A stretch of 64,000 nt of DNA from the IMG/VR virus record IMGVR_UViG_3300020305_000266, one strand, 5' to 3'. This document shows positions 27,772 through 36,335 of the stretch, piece by piece; position 1 is the stretch's first letter; each line of letters starts with the position of its first letter. A model generated the notes under the pieces. It was not told where the DNA came from, ran no database searches, and was given only the letters and a program-made list of their open reading frames with translations. The DNA comes from an uncultured virus (IMG/VR IMGVR_UViG_3300020305_000266) (lineage: Duplodnaviria; Heunggongvirae; Uroviricota; Caudoviricetes). A program made the translations under genes and the position numbers.

Positions 27772-28838
27772 TGGCGATTTATATCGTAGATATTGAAGCA
27801 GTAGATACACGTTACACAAAGCAATGGAAAGAGTTTCTTCCAAAGCAACTAAGACATGCTACAAATCACGATGTGAAAGTTATAAGTGGAGGAGATACTC
27901 CCCAGGCAACAACACCCGGGGCGTTTCTTAACTTTGGTGGTACTAACGTTTACAAAAGTAAGCAGTTAGAACAAATAGGCGAGATGTTCTGTAATGGAAA
28001 AGTTAAAAATGGCGATTATTTTCTCTATACCGATGCTTGGAATCCTACAGTTATTCAACTACGGTATATGGCAGAACTATTGGGTGTTGACATTCGCATT
28101 GGTGGGTTGTGGCATGCTGGTAGTTATGATCCACAAGATTTTTTAGGTAGACTAATAGGTGATAAACCGTGGGTAAGACATGCTGAAAGAAGTATGTATG
28201 CTTGTTATGATCATAACTTTTTTGCTACACAATTCCATATTGATATGTTTCTTGATACATTTAAACACAAAGGCAGTGATCTACAATGGATACAGGTTGA
28301 TGAATCTAAAGTTAAAAGAGTAGGTTGGCCGATGGAATACTTAAAAGGCAGTTTGACATCCTATAAGAAGATGGAAAAAATTAATTCAATTGTTTTCCCT
28401 CACAGGCTTGCTCCAGAAAAACAATTAGACATATTTAAAGATTTAAGAGACAGCTTACCAGAGTATGAATTTGTAATCTGTCAGGAAAGACAACTTACAA
28501 AGAATGAATATCATAATATATTAGGTGAAGCTAAGATAGTGTTTAGTGCTAACTTACAAGAGACATTAGGTATAAGCTGGTACGAAGGAGCATTAGTTGG
28601 TGCTCTTCCTTTGGTTCCTGATAGATTAAGTTATAGTGAAATGGCAATTCCAGATTTTAAGTATCCTAGTATATGGACAAAGAACTTTGATCAATATCAA
28701 AGATACAAACCACAATTGATTGCTAAGATTAAAGATCTAATGGAATACTATGATGAATACTTACAACCATTAGAAAAACAAATATTTCAATTGAAACAAT
28801 TCTTTCACGGAGAAAGATTGTATGAGAGTATAAAATAA
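27771..28838 (+). CDS. GT-B fold glycosyltransferase
   Basis: HRLAPEK and QETLGISWYEG (E-x7-E) motifs. Confidence 0.8.
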   Translation: MAIYIVDIEAVDTRYTKQWKEFLPKQLRHATNHDVKVISGGDTPQATTPGAFLNFGGTNVYKSKQLEQIGEMFCNGKVKNGDYFLYTDAWNPTVIQLRYMAELLGVDIRIGGLWHAGSYDPQDFLGRLIGDKPWVRHAERSMYACYDHNFFATQFHIDMFLDTFKHKGSDLQWIQVDESKVKRVGWPMEYLKGSLTSYKKMEKINSIVFPHRLAPEKQLDIFKDLRDSLPEYEFVICQERQLTKNEYHNILGEAKIVFSANLQETLGISWYEGALVGALPLVPDRLSYSEMAIPDFKYPSIWTKNFDQYQRYKPQLIAKIKDLMEYYDEYLQPLEKQIFQLKQFFHGERLYESIK

Positions 28839-29179
28839 TGGATGATGAAAATAAAATTACTATAGATATTACAAAGCCAGATGATAATTATACTACTCAT
28901 ATAGGAGGAATGACAATTAGTCCTTGTCCTTCTATGTATACTACAGATTTAAATGATACCGGTACTGAGTTCGCTTATAATACTACGTATACAAGCACTG
29001 ACGGTTATACAATTACTCTTCCAGGCCTAGATGACAGTTTACAAGATACTTGGCCCGCTGAATATAGGGTAAAAGAAATGATAGAAAAGTATCCTGCTTT
29101 AAAAATACAGTATGAAAAATTTATTGAGATTTATAATTTGATAAAAGATGATCATAAGGATGATTTGGATGTTATCTAA
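28838..29179 (+). CDS. hypothetical protein
   Basis: Thr-rich N-terminus; KYPALK...YNL. Confidence 0.65.
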   Translation: MDDENKITIDITKPDDNYTTHIGGMTISPCPSMYTTDLNDTGTEFAYNTTYTSTDGYTITLPGLDDSLQDTWPAEYRVKEMIEKYPALKIQYEKFIEIYNLIKDDHKDDLDVI

Positions 29180-29672
29180 GTTGTTTGAAAAATTAGGAAG
29201 AAAAAGGGTTATCACAGATAGAAGTGGTACAATACCTTATCTCATACGTTATTATGTATTTTTAAAGGAAAGAAAGAATTTTCCGTTTAACATTACACTT
29301 CATAAGGTACTTGTAAGTGACGAACCTGTATTACATGATCATCCTTGGAACTGGGGAGCAGTAATTTTAAAAGGTGGTTATTGGGAACATATTCCAATCA
29401 TTTCACAGGAAGGAGCAGTAGTAGGTAGCACAAAGGAGTGGCGTGGTCCTGGACACATTAGATTTAGAAAGGCGGAAGACTTACACTGGTTAGAATTAGA
29501 AAAAGACAAAAACGGAAAAGAGATTCCTTGTTGGAGTTTATTCTTAATGGGTAAGAAAAGAACCGAATGGGGATTTGTAGATTGGGTACCAGCAACAAAA
29601 GATAATTGGAGAGAAGCAGGATATAAATGGGTACACAACGAAACATATTTGAAGGAAAAACAAAATGGTTAA
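29169..29672 (+). CDS. cupin-like protein
   Basis: LHDHPW...GGYWE...HWLEL metal-binding pattern. Confidence 0.6.
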   Translation: MLSKLFEKLGRKRVITDRSGTIPYLIRYYVFLKERKNFPFNITLHKVLVSDEPVLHDHPWNWGAVILKGGYWEHIPIISQEGAVVGSTKEWRGPGHIRFRKAEDLHWLELEKDKNGKEIPCWSLFLMGKKRTEWGFVDWVPATKDNWREAGYKWVHNETYLKEKQNG

Positions 29673-30198
29673 AAAGCATTATTATTCGTGGAAAGATGTT
29701 GAACGTAGTTGTGTAAGCATAGTAAACCAAATGTATACAGATCAGTGGAGACCTGATTATATTGTAGGTATCACCAGAGGTGGTAATATTCCTGCTACTA
29801 TTATAAGCAACATGACTGGAATACCTTGCGAAGCCATAAAAGTAAGTTTAAGAGACGACAGTAAACTTGAAAGCAATACCTGGATGGCTGAAGATGCGTT
29901 TGGAAAATTCCAACAAGGACAACCAAGGAACGAGTCAAAAAATATATTAATAGTAGATGACATTAATGATACAGGAGCAACATTCAATTGGATTGTTGAC
30001 GACTGGCAAAAAAGTTGTAACCCAGAGGATACTGGCTGGCGTGATGTGTGGTGTGAAAATGTACGTTTCGCAGTACTGACAGATAATTCAGCAAGTGATT
30101 TTAAATTTATGGTAAACTATTCAACCCACGAGGTTAACAAAGCAGAAGAAGATGTTTGGTTAGTATATCCTTGGGAAAGAGTAGGTACATATGATTGA
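29665..30198 (+). CDS. type I purine phosphoribosyltransferase-like (XGPRT-like)
   Basis: GITRGG, ILIVDDINDTGAT and WLVYPWE motifs. Confidence 0.88.
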   Translation: MVKKHYYSWKDVERSCVSIVNQMYTDQWRPDYIVGITRGGNIPATIISNMTGIPCEAIKVSLRDDSKLESNTWMAEDAFGKFQQGQPRNESKNILIVDDINDTGATFNWIVDDWQKSCNPEDTGWRDVWCENVRFAVLTDNSASDFKFMVNYSTHEVNKAEEDVWLVYPWERVGTYD

Positions 30199-30775
30199 CG
30201 CACAATTAATTTTTCCTACGAAAGTATATAGATCCAAGTTTGAAGATTCACAAGAGTTACAAAAAGATATTGTCCCTTTGTTGCTAGATCAAGAAAAGAA
30301 GGATACATCTCCTGTAAGGTATTCTGCTAACGGTTATACTTCTTATGGTGCTAACACAAATATATTAAGTTTACCACAATTAAGCAAATTAAAAGATTTT
30401 ATAAATGAAATAGTTTTAAAATGCCATGATGAAACTATGCTAGAAGGTACTCCTGTTCTTGAGTCCAGTTGGTATAGTATTATGAGAAAGCATACATACC
30501 ACGAAGAACATCATCACTTACCTAGTGTATGGAGCGGTGTTTACTATGTACAAGCTGATCAGACTCACCCCGGACTGACATTTGTAAATCGTAATCAAAA
30601 AGGACATTGGCCAAGAACAGGTGTAAAAGGATTGACAGAATTTAATTCTCCTGAAGTAACTTGTTCAGCTGAAACAGGAAGTGTAATTATATTTCCTAGT
30701 CATGTACTACATAAAGTACACCAACAAACTATTGACAAAGATAGGATAATGATAAGTTTTAATTATGGAATATAA
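30191..30775 (+). CDS. phage 2OG-Fe(II) oxygenase
   Basis: HHH...WSGVYYV...IFPSHVLHKV...RIMISFN. Confidence 0.8.
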   Translation: MIDAQLIFPTKVYRSKFEDSQELQKDIVPLLLDQEKKDTSPVRYSANGYTSYGANTNILSLPQLSKLKDFINEIVLKCHDETMLEGTPVLESSWYSIMRKHTYHEEHHHLPSVWSGVYYVQADQTHPGLTFVNRNQKGHWPRTGVKGLTEFNSPEVTCSAETGSVIIFPSHVLHKVHQQTIDKDRIMISFNYGI

Positions 30776-31124
30776 AGACATACCTTGGACAGACATATTG
30801 ATTGATTCAAAAGAATTTACAGTTTTTAGAGACGGATATCCAGTAACAGAAGGACACATTCTTTTTGTACCTAAAGGTAATAGTTGGGAATCTCTCGTAA
30901 AGTGTTTCGAAGCCGCATACAAATGGGGCTACGATTGGGTTGAACGTGGATATTGTGATGCGTTCAACATAGGACAAAATGTGGGCAAAGAAGCAGGTCA
31001 AACTGTTATGTATCCACACGTTCATTTAATTCCCAGACGTGAAGGCGATATGGGAGATCCACGCGGCGGCGTTAGACACGTGATACCTAGTAAGGGAAAC
31101 TACAGGAAGGAAAAGCAAGTATGA
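30765..31124 (+). CDS. HIT family hydrolase
   Basis: YPVTEGH and AGQTV.YPHVHLIPR motifs. Confidence 0.88.
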   Translation: MEYKDIPWTDILIDSKEFTVFRDGYPVTEGHILFVPKGNSWESLVKCFEAAYKWGYDWVERGYCDAFNIGQNVGKEAGQTVMYPHVHLIPRREGDMGDPRGGVRHVIPSKGNYRKEKQV

Positions 31125-31330
31125 AGGTTGGTGAAGCTATAATTAATGCGGCTAAGAAACAAGCAGAAGGCGAAGTTGCTGTGCATTTGGCTAACATTGA
31201 AGTTTATAAAACAATGCCAGCAGGTATTGGTGAACATTCAGATGTTACTGAGGCAGTTATCGCAGAGCTTGATAAATTAGCGGCCGCACAAGACAGACTT
31301 GACATGATTGAAAAATATTTTAATGGCTAG
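31121..31330 (+). CDS. hypothetical protein
   Basis: PAGIGEHSD motif; coupled ORF. Confidence 0.65.
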   Translation: MKVGEAIINAAKKQAEGEVAVHLANIEVYKTMPAGIGEHSDVTEAVIAELDKLAAAQDRLDMIEKYFNG

Positions 31331-32150
31331 AACATTATTCATTGGCGATAGTCATTCGCATGGTTATTTCGAAATGGGTGGTAAAATTCATTCATGGGAA
31401 AGTAATAATTATGCTGAGATTTATGCTAATGATAATAACAAACAAACTGTAATATACAGTATGCCAGGCGGGTGTAATAGAAAATATCCCGCCTGGCTAA
31501 AAACAATGCTTGATAGATATGATGATATTGATGAAGTCTTCATACAATCAACATATTGGAACAGATTTTTATTATCATGCTCCAAGAATCTAGGAGTAGG
31601 AGAAGAGACAGATTCTAGCCTATACTTAGACAACGACCAACCTAAAGATAGTTTAATTGATAGATATACTGATCATAGAATTACAGATGACTATATAGAA
31701 ATGATCGAACAGACTAGAAAAGAAAATTACGAAGAATTTAAAGGTTTTGCCTTTAATGATATGAAAGTAGGATATGACTTTCAACCATTTCATGAAAAAT
31801 ATTCATATACAAAACTATGGCACGAACTTGTAAGTCCTTTACAATACAAAGATTATTGTATAGACCTGTTAGCTATAGATACTATGTGTAAAAATAAAAA
31901 TATTAAATGGTACTTGTGGAGTATAAATGATAGAGTGTTTATACCACAAAATATAGACTATTACGGAAAACTATCTTGTGTAAGAGCTCCTATGAGTGCT
32001 GAAGCTTTCTTTAAAAGTAAAATGGATATAGATATTGAAACAGATCACTATCGATTAGATAGCGAACATTACATAAGAGAGATACACAATAAGATAGCAA
32101 GACAATATTTTGGCTATGTGAAGGATACCAATAATGAAAATAACACTTGA
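31323..32150 (+). CDS. SGNH/GDSL hydrolase-like protein
   Basis: FIGDSH near the N-terminus; DSEH near the C-terminus. Confidence 0.55.
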   Translation: MARTLFIGDSHSHGYFEMGGKIHSWESNNYAEIYANDNNKQTVIYSMPGGCNRKYPAWLKTMLDRYDDIDEVFIQSTYWNRFLLSCSKNLGVGEETDSSLYLDNDQPKDSLIDRYTDHRITDDYIEMIEQTRKENYEEFKGFAFNDMKVGYDFQPFHEKYSYTKLWHELVSPLQYKDYCIDLLAIDTMCKNKNIKWYLWSINDRVFIPQNIDYYGKLSCVRAPMSAEAFFKSKMDIDIETDHYRLDSEHYIREIHNKIARQYFGYVKDTNNENNT

Positions 32151-32175
32151 CAAAAACCTAAATAACATATATAAT
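32147..32175 (+). promoter_or_regulatory. sigma70-type promoter with embedded TAAATA
   Basis: TTGACA-17 nt-TATAAT upstream of folE. Confidence 0.8.
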
Positions 32176-32185
32176 AAACAGAAAA

Positions 32186-32214
32186 AGTGGCAATCCACTG
32201 CCTTAACATCGGAG
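32186..32214 (+). ncRNA. candidate riboswitch-like mini-pseudoknot in the folE 5' UTR
   Basis: GGCA/TGCC stem; loop TCC complementary to SD GGA; competing AGTGG/CCACT hairpin. Confidence 0.4.
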
Positions 32215-32220
32215 AAGAAA

Positions 32221-32907
32221 TTGAGTAAAAGTGATCAAATTGTAGAAAAACTAAAAAAATCAGGTATTAGATACTGGGCGGGTGATAACATCAGTCAAAT
32301 ATTAGAGCCCGGTGATAAAGAAGAACTTATTGAAGAACTAACACCAAAGTTTGAAGCAGTACTAGATAGTCTAGTTATTGATCGGTTTAATGATCCTAAC
32401 AGTATGGACACTGGTAGACGACTAGCAAAAATGTATATAAATGAAATTATGAGTGGCAGGTATGAACCTATGCCTAATGCTACTGCTTTTCCTAATCATG
32501 TAGATGATGGTTATAAAGGTATGTTAGTTGTGCGTTCAGAAATTAAAAGTATGTGTTCGCATCATCATCAGCCAGTTTCAGGTGTAGCATACATAGGTAT
32601 TATCGCCGCAGAAACACTTATAGGACTTTCTAAATATACACGTATCGCACAATGGTGTGCCAGAAGAGGTACATTACAAGAAGAACTTAATAATGTAATT
32701 GCTAATGAAATACAAAAAGCAACAGGTAGTGGGAACATAGGCGTTTACTTACAAGCAACACACGGTTGTTGTGAGAATAGAGGAATAGGTGCTCATAGTA
32801 GTTTAACACAAACCACTGTACTAAGAGGAGCATTTAACGAGGATCCAGGAACTAAAAAGGAGTTTATGGATAATATTAAATTACAACAGGAGTTCGCTCC
32901 TAGGTAG
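32221..32907 (+). CDS. folE: GTP cyclohydrolase I
   Basis: SMCSHH, GLSKYTR, LQEEL and HGCC...RG motifs; TTG start after GGAG. Confidence 0.95.
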   Translation: MSKSDQIVEKLKKSGIRYWAGDNISQILEPGDKEELIEELTPKFEAVLDSLVIDRFNDPNSMDTGRRLAKMYINEIMSGRYEPMPNATAFPNHVDDGYKGMLVVRSEIKSMCSHHHQPVSGVAYIGIIAAETLIGLSKYTRIAQWCARRGTLQEELNNVIANEIQKATGSGNIGVYLQATHGCCENRGIGAHSSLTQTTVLRGAFNEDPGTKKEFMDNIKLQQEFAPR

Positions 32908-32917
32908 AAAGGTAGAT

Positions 32918-33124
32918 ATGAATTTAAATCATTTTTCAGTTAGTATAGTTAAAAGTATTTTTAGAATCGTAGCAGGTGGATTACTATCCTATGGAGGCTA
33001 CGTTTTTTGGTCGGCAAATATGTACAGTGATATCTTTATAGCAGAGTCAGGTTTTGTTATAATGTTATCAGGTGGAGCATTTGTCATAGCAGAAGCATTA
33101 GGAATAATTGAGGAGATAGTCTAA
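32918..33124 (+). CDS. small two-TM membrane protein
   Basis: HFSVSIVKS.FRI...AEALGIIEE. Confidence 0.65.
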   Translation: MNLNHFSVSIVKSIFRIVAGGLLSYGGYVFWSANMYSDIFIAESGFVIMLSGGAFVIAEALGIIEEIV

Positions 33125-33237
33125 TGAAGTTAAGTGAATTTAGAAAAAAGTTTGGTGAAGGTACAGATTTCGACCTTGACTATGGTAAACTTTTTATTAT
33201 TGCTATTTGTATCTATATAGCTTTTCAGGTTAGTTAG
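33124..33237 (+). CDS. 37-aa membrane peptide (absent from ORF track)
   Basis: MKLSEFRKKFGEGTDFDLDYGKLFIIAICIYIAFQVS; GAGGAG SD; TAATG coupling; fills the gap to queE. Confidence 0.6.
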   Translation: MKLSEFRKKFGEGTDFDLDYGKLFIIAICIYIAFQVS

Positions 33238-33239
33238 AT

Positions 33240-34142
33240 ATGGAAAAAGCAGAAAAGAAAGTATATTACAGTGAAATATTTCACTCTATACAAGGAGAAG
33301 GACATTATACAGGTGTGCCTACTGCTTGGATACGTTTCTTTCTGTGTAATTTACAATGTAGTGGCTTTGGACAAATAGATCCTACTAATCCAGAAACATA
33401 TGATCTTCCGTTTTTAGATTACGATGTAAGTCAAGTAAAGAGAGTTGAAGACTTGCCTGTGTGGGAAAAAGGTTGTGATAGTTCATATACTTGGGCAAAA
33501 AAGTATAAACACTTAATGGGGCATGAAGTTCCTAGTACATTAGCAAATAGGATTGTAGATATACTAAGAACAGATTCTAATCCAGAAGGTTTGTTTTTAC
33601 ATCCTGTTAGTAAACAAAGACAACATCTATGTTTTACAGGCGGTGAGCCTTTAATGATAACAGGACAGACAGCAAGTATTGGTATATATGAAGAATTAGA
33701 AAAACAAGGTAACTTGCCTAGTTCGATGACTTTTGAAACTAACGGTACACAAAAGTTGAGAGATCCTTTTAAAGATTGGGTGAAAAGGATAGATGAAGAA
33801 GTGTTCTTTAGTTGTAGTCCTAAGTTATGGACAGTAGCAGGCGAGGAGGCTAAAAAAGCAATCATACCAGAGGTAGTAGGTGAGTATGCTGAACTATCTA
33901 AAGCAGGGCAACTAAAATTTGTCGTTGGTAGTGAACAACAACAATGGGATGAAATGGAATCTGTTGTAGAACAATTTAAAGCACAAGGTGTTGATTGGCC
34001 TATATGGGTGATGCCTGTAGGAGCAAGAGAAGAAGAACAGAGTGCGACAGCAGGTGATGTAGCAAAAATGGCATTTCAAAGAGGATATAATGTGGCGGCA
34101 AGAGTACATGTTTATCTATTTGGAAACGCAATAGGAACGTAA
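33240..34142 (+). CDS. queE: 7-carboxy-7-deazaguanine synthase (radical SAM)
   Basis: EIFHSIQGEG, CNLQC...GCDS, FTGGEP, ETNGT, SPKL and RVH motifs. Confidence 0.9.
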   Translation: MEKAEKKVYYSEIFHSIQGEGHYTGVPTAWIRFFLCNLQCSGFGQIDPTNPETYDLPFLDYDVSQVKRVEDLPVWEKGCDSSYTWAKKYKHLMGHEVPSTLANRIVDILRTDSNPEGLFLHPVSKQRQHLCFTGGEPLMITGQTASIGIYEELEKQGNLPSSMTFETNGTQKLRDPFKDWVKRIDEEVFFSCSPKLWTVAGEEAKKAIIPEVVGEYAELSKAGQLKFVVGSEQQQWDEMESVVEQFKAQGVDWPIWVMPVGAREEEQSATAGDVAKMAFQRGYNVAARVHVYLFGNAIGT

Positions 34143-34152
34143 AGGAGGTGAT

Positions 34153-34542
34153 ATGAAAGATATCATTAATAAGATAAAAGGTCTTGGTAAAAAGAAAGAG
34201 GAAGTTAAAAAACCTCTCAGTGCTGAAGAAGAAAGAAGAGCAGTACTAGCCAAAGAAAAAGAAGCGGCATCTAAGGATGGTAAACCTTGGGTTGGTGTTT
34301 TAGATACAAAAGTAAATCCAGATAATATTAAGAATGGATTTTTTGAACTTGATTGGAACAATGAATTCATAGAACAGTTACTTGATGCTGGATATACTGG
34401 TGAATCAAATGAACAAATTGTTGATGCTTGGTTTAAAACTATAGCTAGACAAGTTCTTGAAGAAGGTGGAGAAGATCCCGAAAGAGGTTCAGGATTTATA
34501 GATACTACCAAAATTGATGAAGAAAAAACAAAAGTTTCTTGA
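34153..34542 (+). CDS. hypothetical protein
   Basis: AAGGAGG SD; GFFELDWN. Confidence 0.7.
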   Translation: MKDIINKIKGLGKKKEEVKKPLSAEEERRAVLAKEKEAASKDGKPWVGVLDTKVNPDNIKNGFFELDWNNEFIEQLLDAGYTGESNEQIVDAWFKTIARQVLEEGGEDPERGSGFIDTTKIDEEKTKVS

Positions 34543-34567
34543 CAAATTAACTTTTAGAAAGTATAGT
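34539..34567 (+). promoter_or_regulatory. sigma70-type promoter
   Basis: TTGACA-17 nt-TATAGT; ATG 6 nt downstream. Confidence 0.7.
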
Positions 34568-34573
34568 AATACT

Positions 34574-35560
34574 ATGACTTATATACTTGTAGATACAGCG
34601 AATACATTTTTCCGTGCTAGACATGTGATCCGAGGAGACTTAGAAACAAAGATTGGCATGGCATTACATATCACATTAGGCGGCATAAGAAAGGCATATC
34701 AAGACTTTGATGGTGCTCATGTTGTCTTTTGTTTAGAAGGACGTAGTTGGCGTAAAGATTATTACGAGCCTTATAAAAGAAACAGAAGTGATGCTCGTGC
34801 GGCACAGACAGAAAGAGAACAAGAAGAAGATAAAGTATTCTGGGAAATATTTGATGAATTTAATAAATTTGTACATAACAAAACAAATTGTTCTGTTTTA
34901 CACAATCCGCAATTAGAGGCAGATGATCTTATTGCTGGTTGGGTTCAAGCACACCCTAACGATAATCATGTTATTATTTCTACTGATGGGGACTTTGCTC
35001 AATTGATAGCTAGTAATGTAAGCCAATATAACGGAGTATCTAATACTATTATTACACACGAAGGATACTTTGATGACAAGAAAAGATTGCCTGTTATTGA
35101 TAAGAAGACAGGCAAAGAAAAGCCTGCTCCTGATCCGGAATGGTTATTGTTTGAAAAGTGTATGAGAGGTGATACAAGTGATAACGTGTTCAGTGCTTAC
35201 CCTGGCGTAAGAACAAAAGGTACTAAAAACAAAGTAGGACTTATGGAAGCCTACGCAGATAGGAAAAGCAAAGGCTTTAATTGGAATAACTTAATGTTAC
35301 AACGTTGGATGGATCATAAAGGCGATGAACATAGAGTACTTGATGATTACAATAGAAACGTTGTGTTATGTGACTTATCAGCACAACCTGGTAATATTAG
35401 ATCAATTATAAATGATGTTGTTGAAGATGCTATAGAAAAACCTAAGAGCATATCACAGGTAGGATTACATCTTATGAAGTTTTGTGCTAAACATGATTTA
35501 CAAAAGATAGCAGATAACGTTCAACAATATGCTGAACCACTACAGGCAAAATATTCATAA
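34574..35560 (+). CDS. T4 RNase H-like 5'-3' exonuclease/flap endonuclease
   Basis: ILVD.AN, SWRK..Y..YK.NR, EADD, STDGDF.QL and GDTSDN motifs. Confidence 0.9.
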   Translation: MTYILVDTANTFFRARHVIRGDLETKIGMALHITLGGIRKAYQDFDGAHVVFCLEGRSWRKDYYEPYKRNRSDARAAQTEREQEEDKVFWEIFDEFNKFVHNKTNCSVLHNPQLEADDLIAGWVQAHPNDNHVIISTDGDFAQLIASNVSQYNGVSNTIITHEGYFDDKKRLPVIDKKTGKEKPAPDPEWLLFEKCMRGDTSDNVFSAYPGVRTKGTKNKVGLMEAYADRKSKGFNWNNLMLQRWMDHKGDEHRVLDDYNRNVVLCDLSAQPGNIRSIINDVVEDAIEKPKSISQVGLHLMKFCAKHDLQKIADNVQQYAEPLQAKYS

Positions 35561-35570
35561 GGAGGTATAA

Positions 35571-36050
35571 ATGACAATAAAAGCAAAACCAATATTAAAA
35601 AATAAGTTTTGGATTATTGAAAACAACGGACAAAGAATAGGCACACTTTCTAAACAGGAAGATAAAAGATACATGTATAGTTGTGCTACAGGTACTGAAT
35701 ACTTTACTGACACAAAGAGCTTTAATAGTTATATAGGCGGAGTAAGTTGGGATAAAACAAGTATTTCAGATGCTGGAAGTATTTCAAAAGAAATACATGG
35801 ATTTTCAACTTCGACTAAACCACATAATGTAGTTTACAATGTACAAAAGAAACTTCCACTTTTTACAAAGAGTAAAAAGTCAAAAAGTTTATATTGTGCT
35901 GGTTACTATGTAATTAAATTTGACAAAGGCTGGGTAAGAAGTTTTTGTCCTAAGTTAGTAACTCTTGAAACATATGACTATAAGGGTCCTTTCAAGACTG
36001 AATTTACTATGAGAGAGGAACTTAAAAATGCAAACAAAAGAAGCAATTAA
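35571..36050 (+). CDS. hypothetical protein
   Basis: AAGGAGG SD; 159-aa ORF. Confidence 0.7.
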   Translation: MTIKAKPILKNKFWIIENNGQRIGTLSKQEDKRYMYSCATGTEYFTDTKSFNSYIGGVSWDKTSISDAGSISKEIHGFSTSTKPHNVVYNVQKKLPLFTKSKKSKSLYCAGYYVIKFDKGWVRSFCPKLVTLETYDYKGPFKTEFTMREELKNANKRSN

Positions 36051-36273
36051 TACTATTCCTATACAAAAGTTTATTCAACAAGTAAAAATTGCTGATTCAG
36101 GTCAGCACAAAGAAATAAAAATGAATATTCAAGAAGCAAAAAATCTTATGTATTCATTAAGCATTCTAGTTGCTAATAATCAAGGTCGATTAGAACAGTT
36201 GATTGTAGATAACAAATCTACAGGAGAAGAGACTGTAACTATAGCAATGGATGGTGGTACTAATTGGAAGTAA
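36028..36273 (+). CDS. hypothetical protein
   Basis: GAGG SD; 81-aa ORF. Confidence 0.65.
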   Translation: MQTKEAINTIPIQKFIQQVKIADSGQHKEIKMNIQEAKNLMYSLSILVANNQGRLEQLIVDNKSTGEETVTIAMDGGTNWK

Positions 36274-36298
36274 ACCGATAGTATAACCTAAAAAGAGA

Positions 36299-36335
36299 TA
36301 AATATATACGTATATAATTTTAAGGATACGTATAT
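36299..36335 (+). promoter_or_regulatory. late promoter core plus start-codon-occluding inverted repeat
   Basis: TAAATA at 36299; ATATACGTAT (36304-36313) is complementary to ATACGTATAT (36326-36335). Confidence 0.55.

Noticed and set aside
30732..30760. TTGACA upstream of the HIT gene
   Set aside because: There is no acceptable -10 hexamer at 16-18 nt spacing.
32134..32220. N-terminal extension of FolE given in the ORF track
   Set aside because: It spans the promoter itself; the TTG at 32221 has a GGAG SD and fits better.
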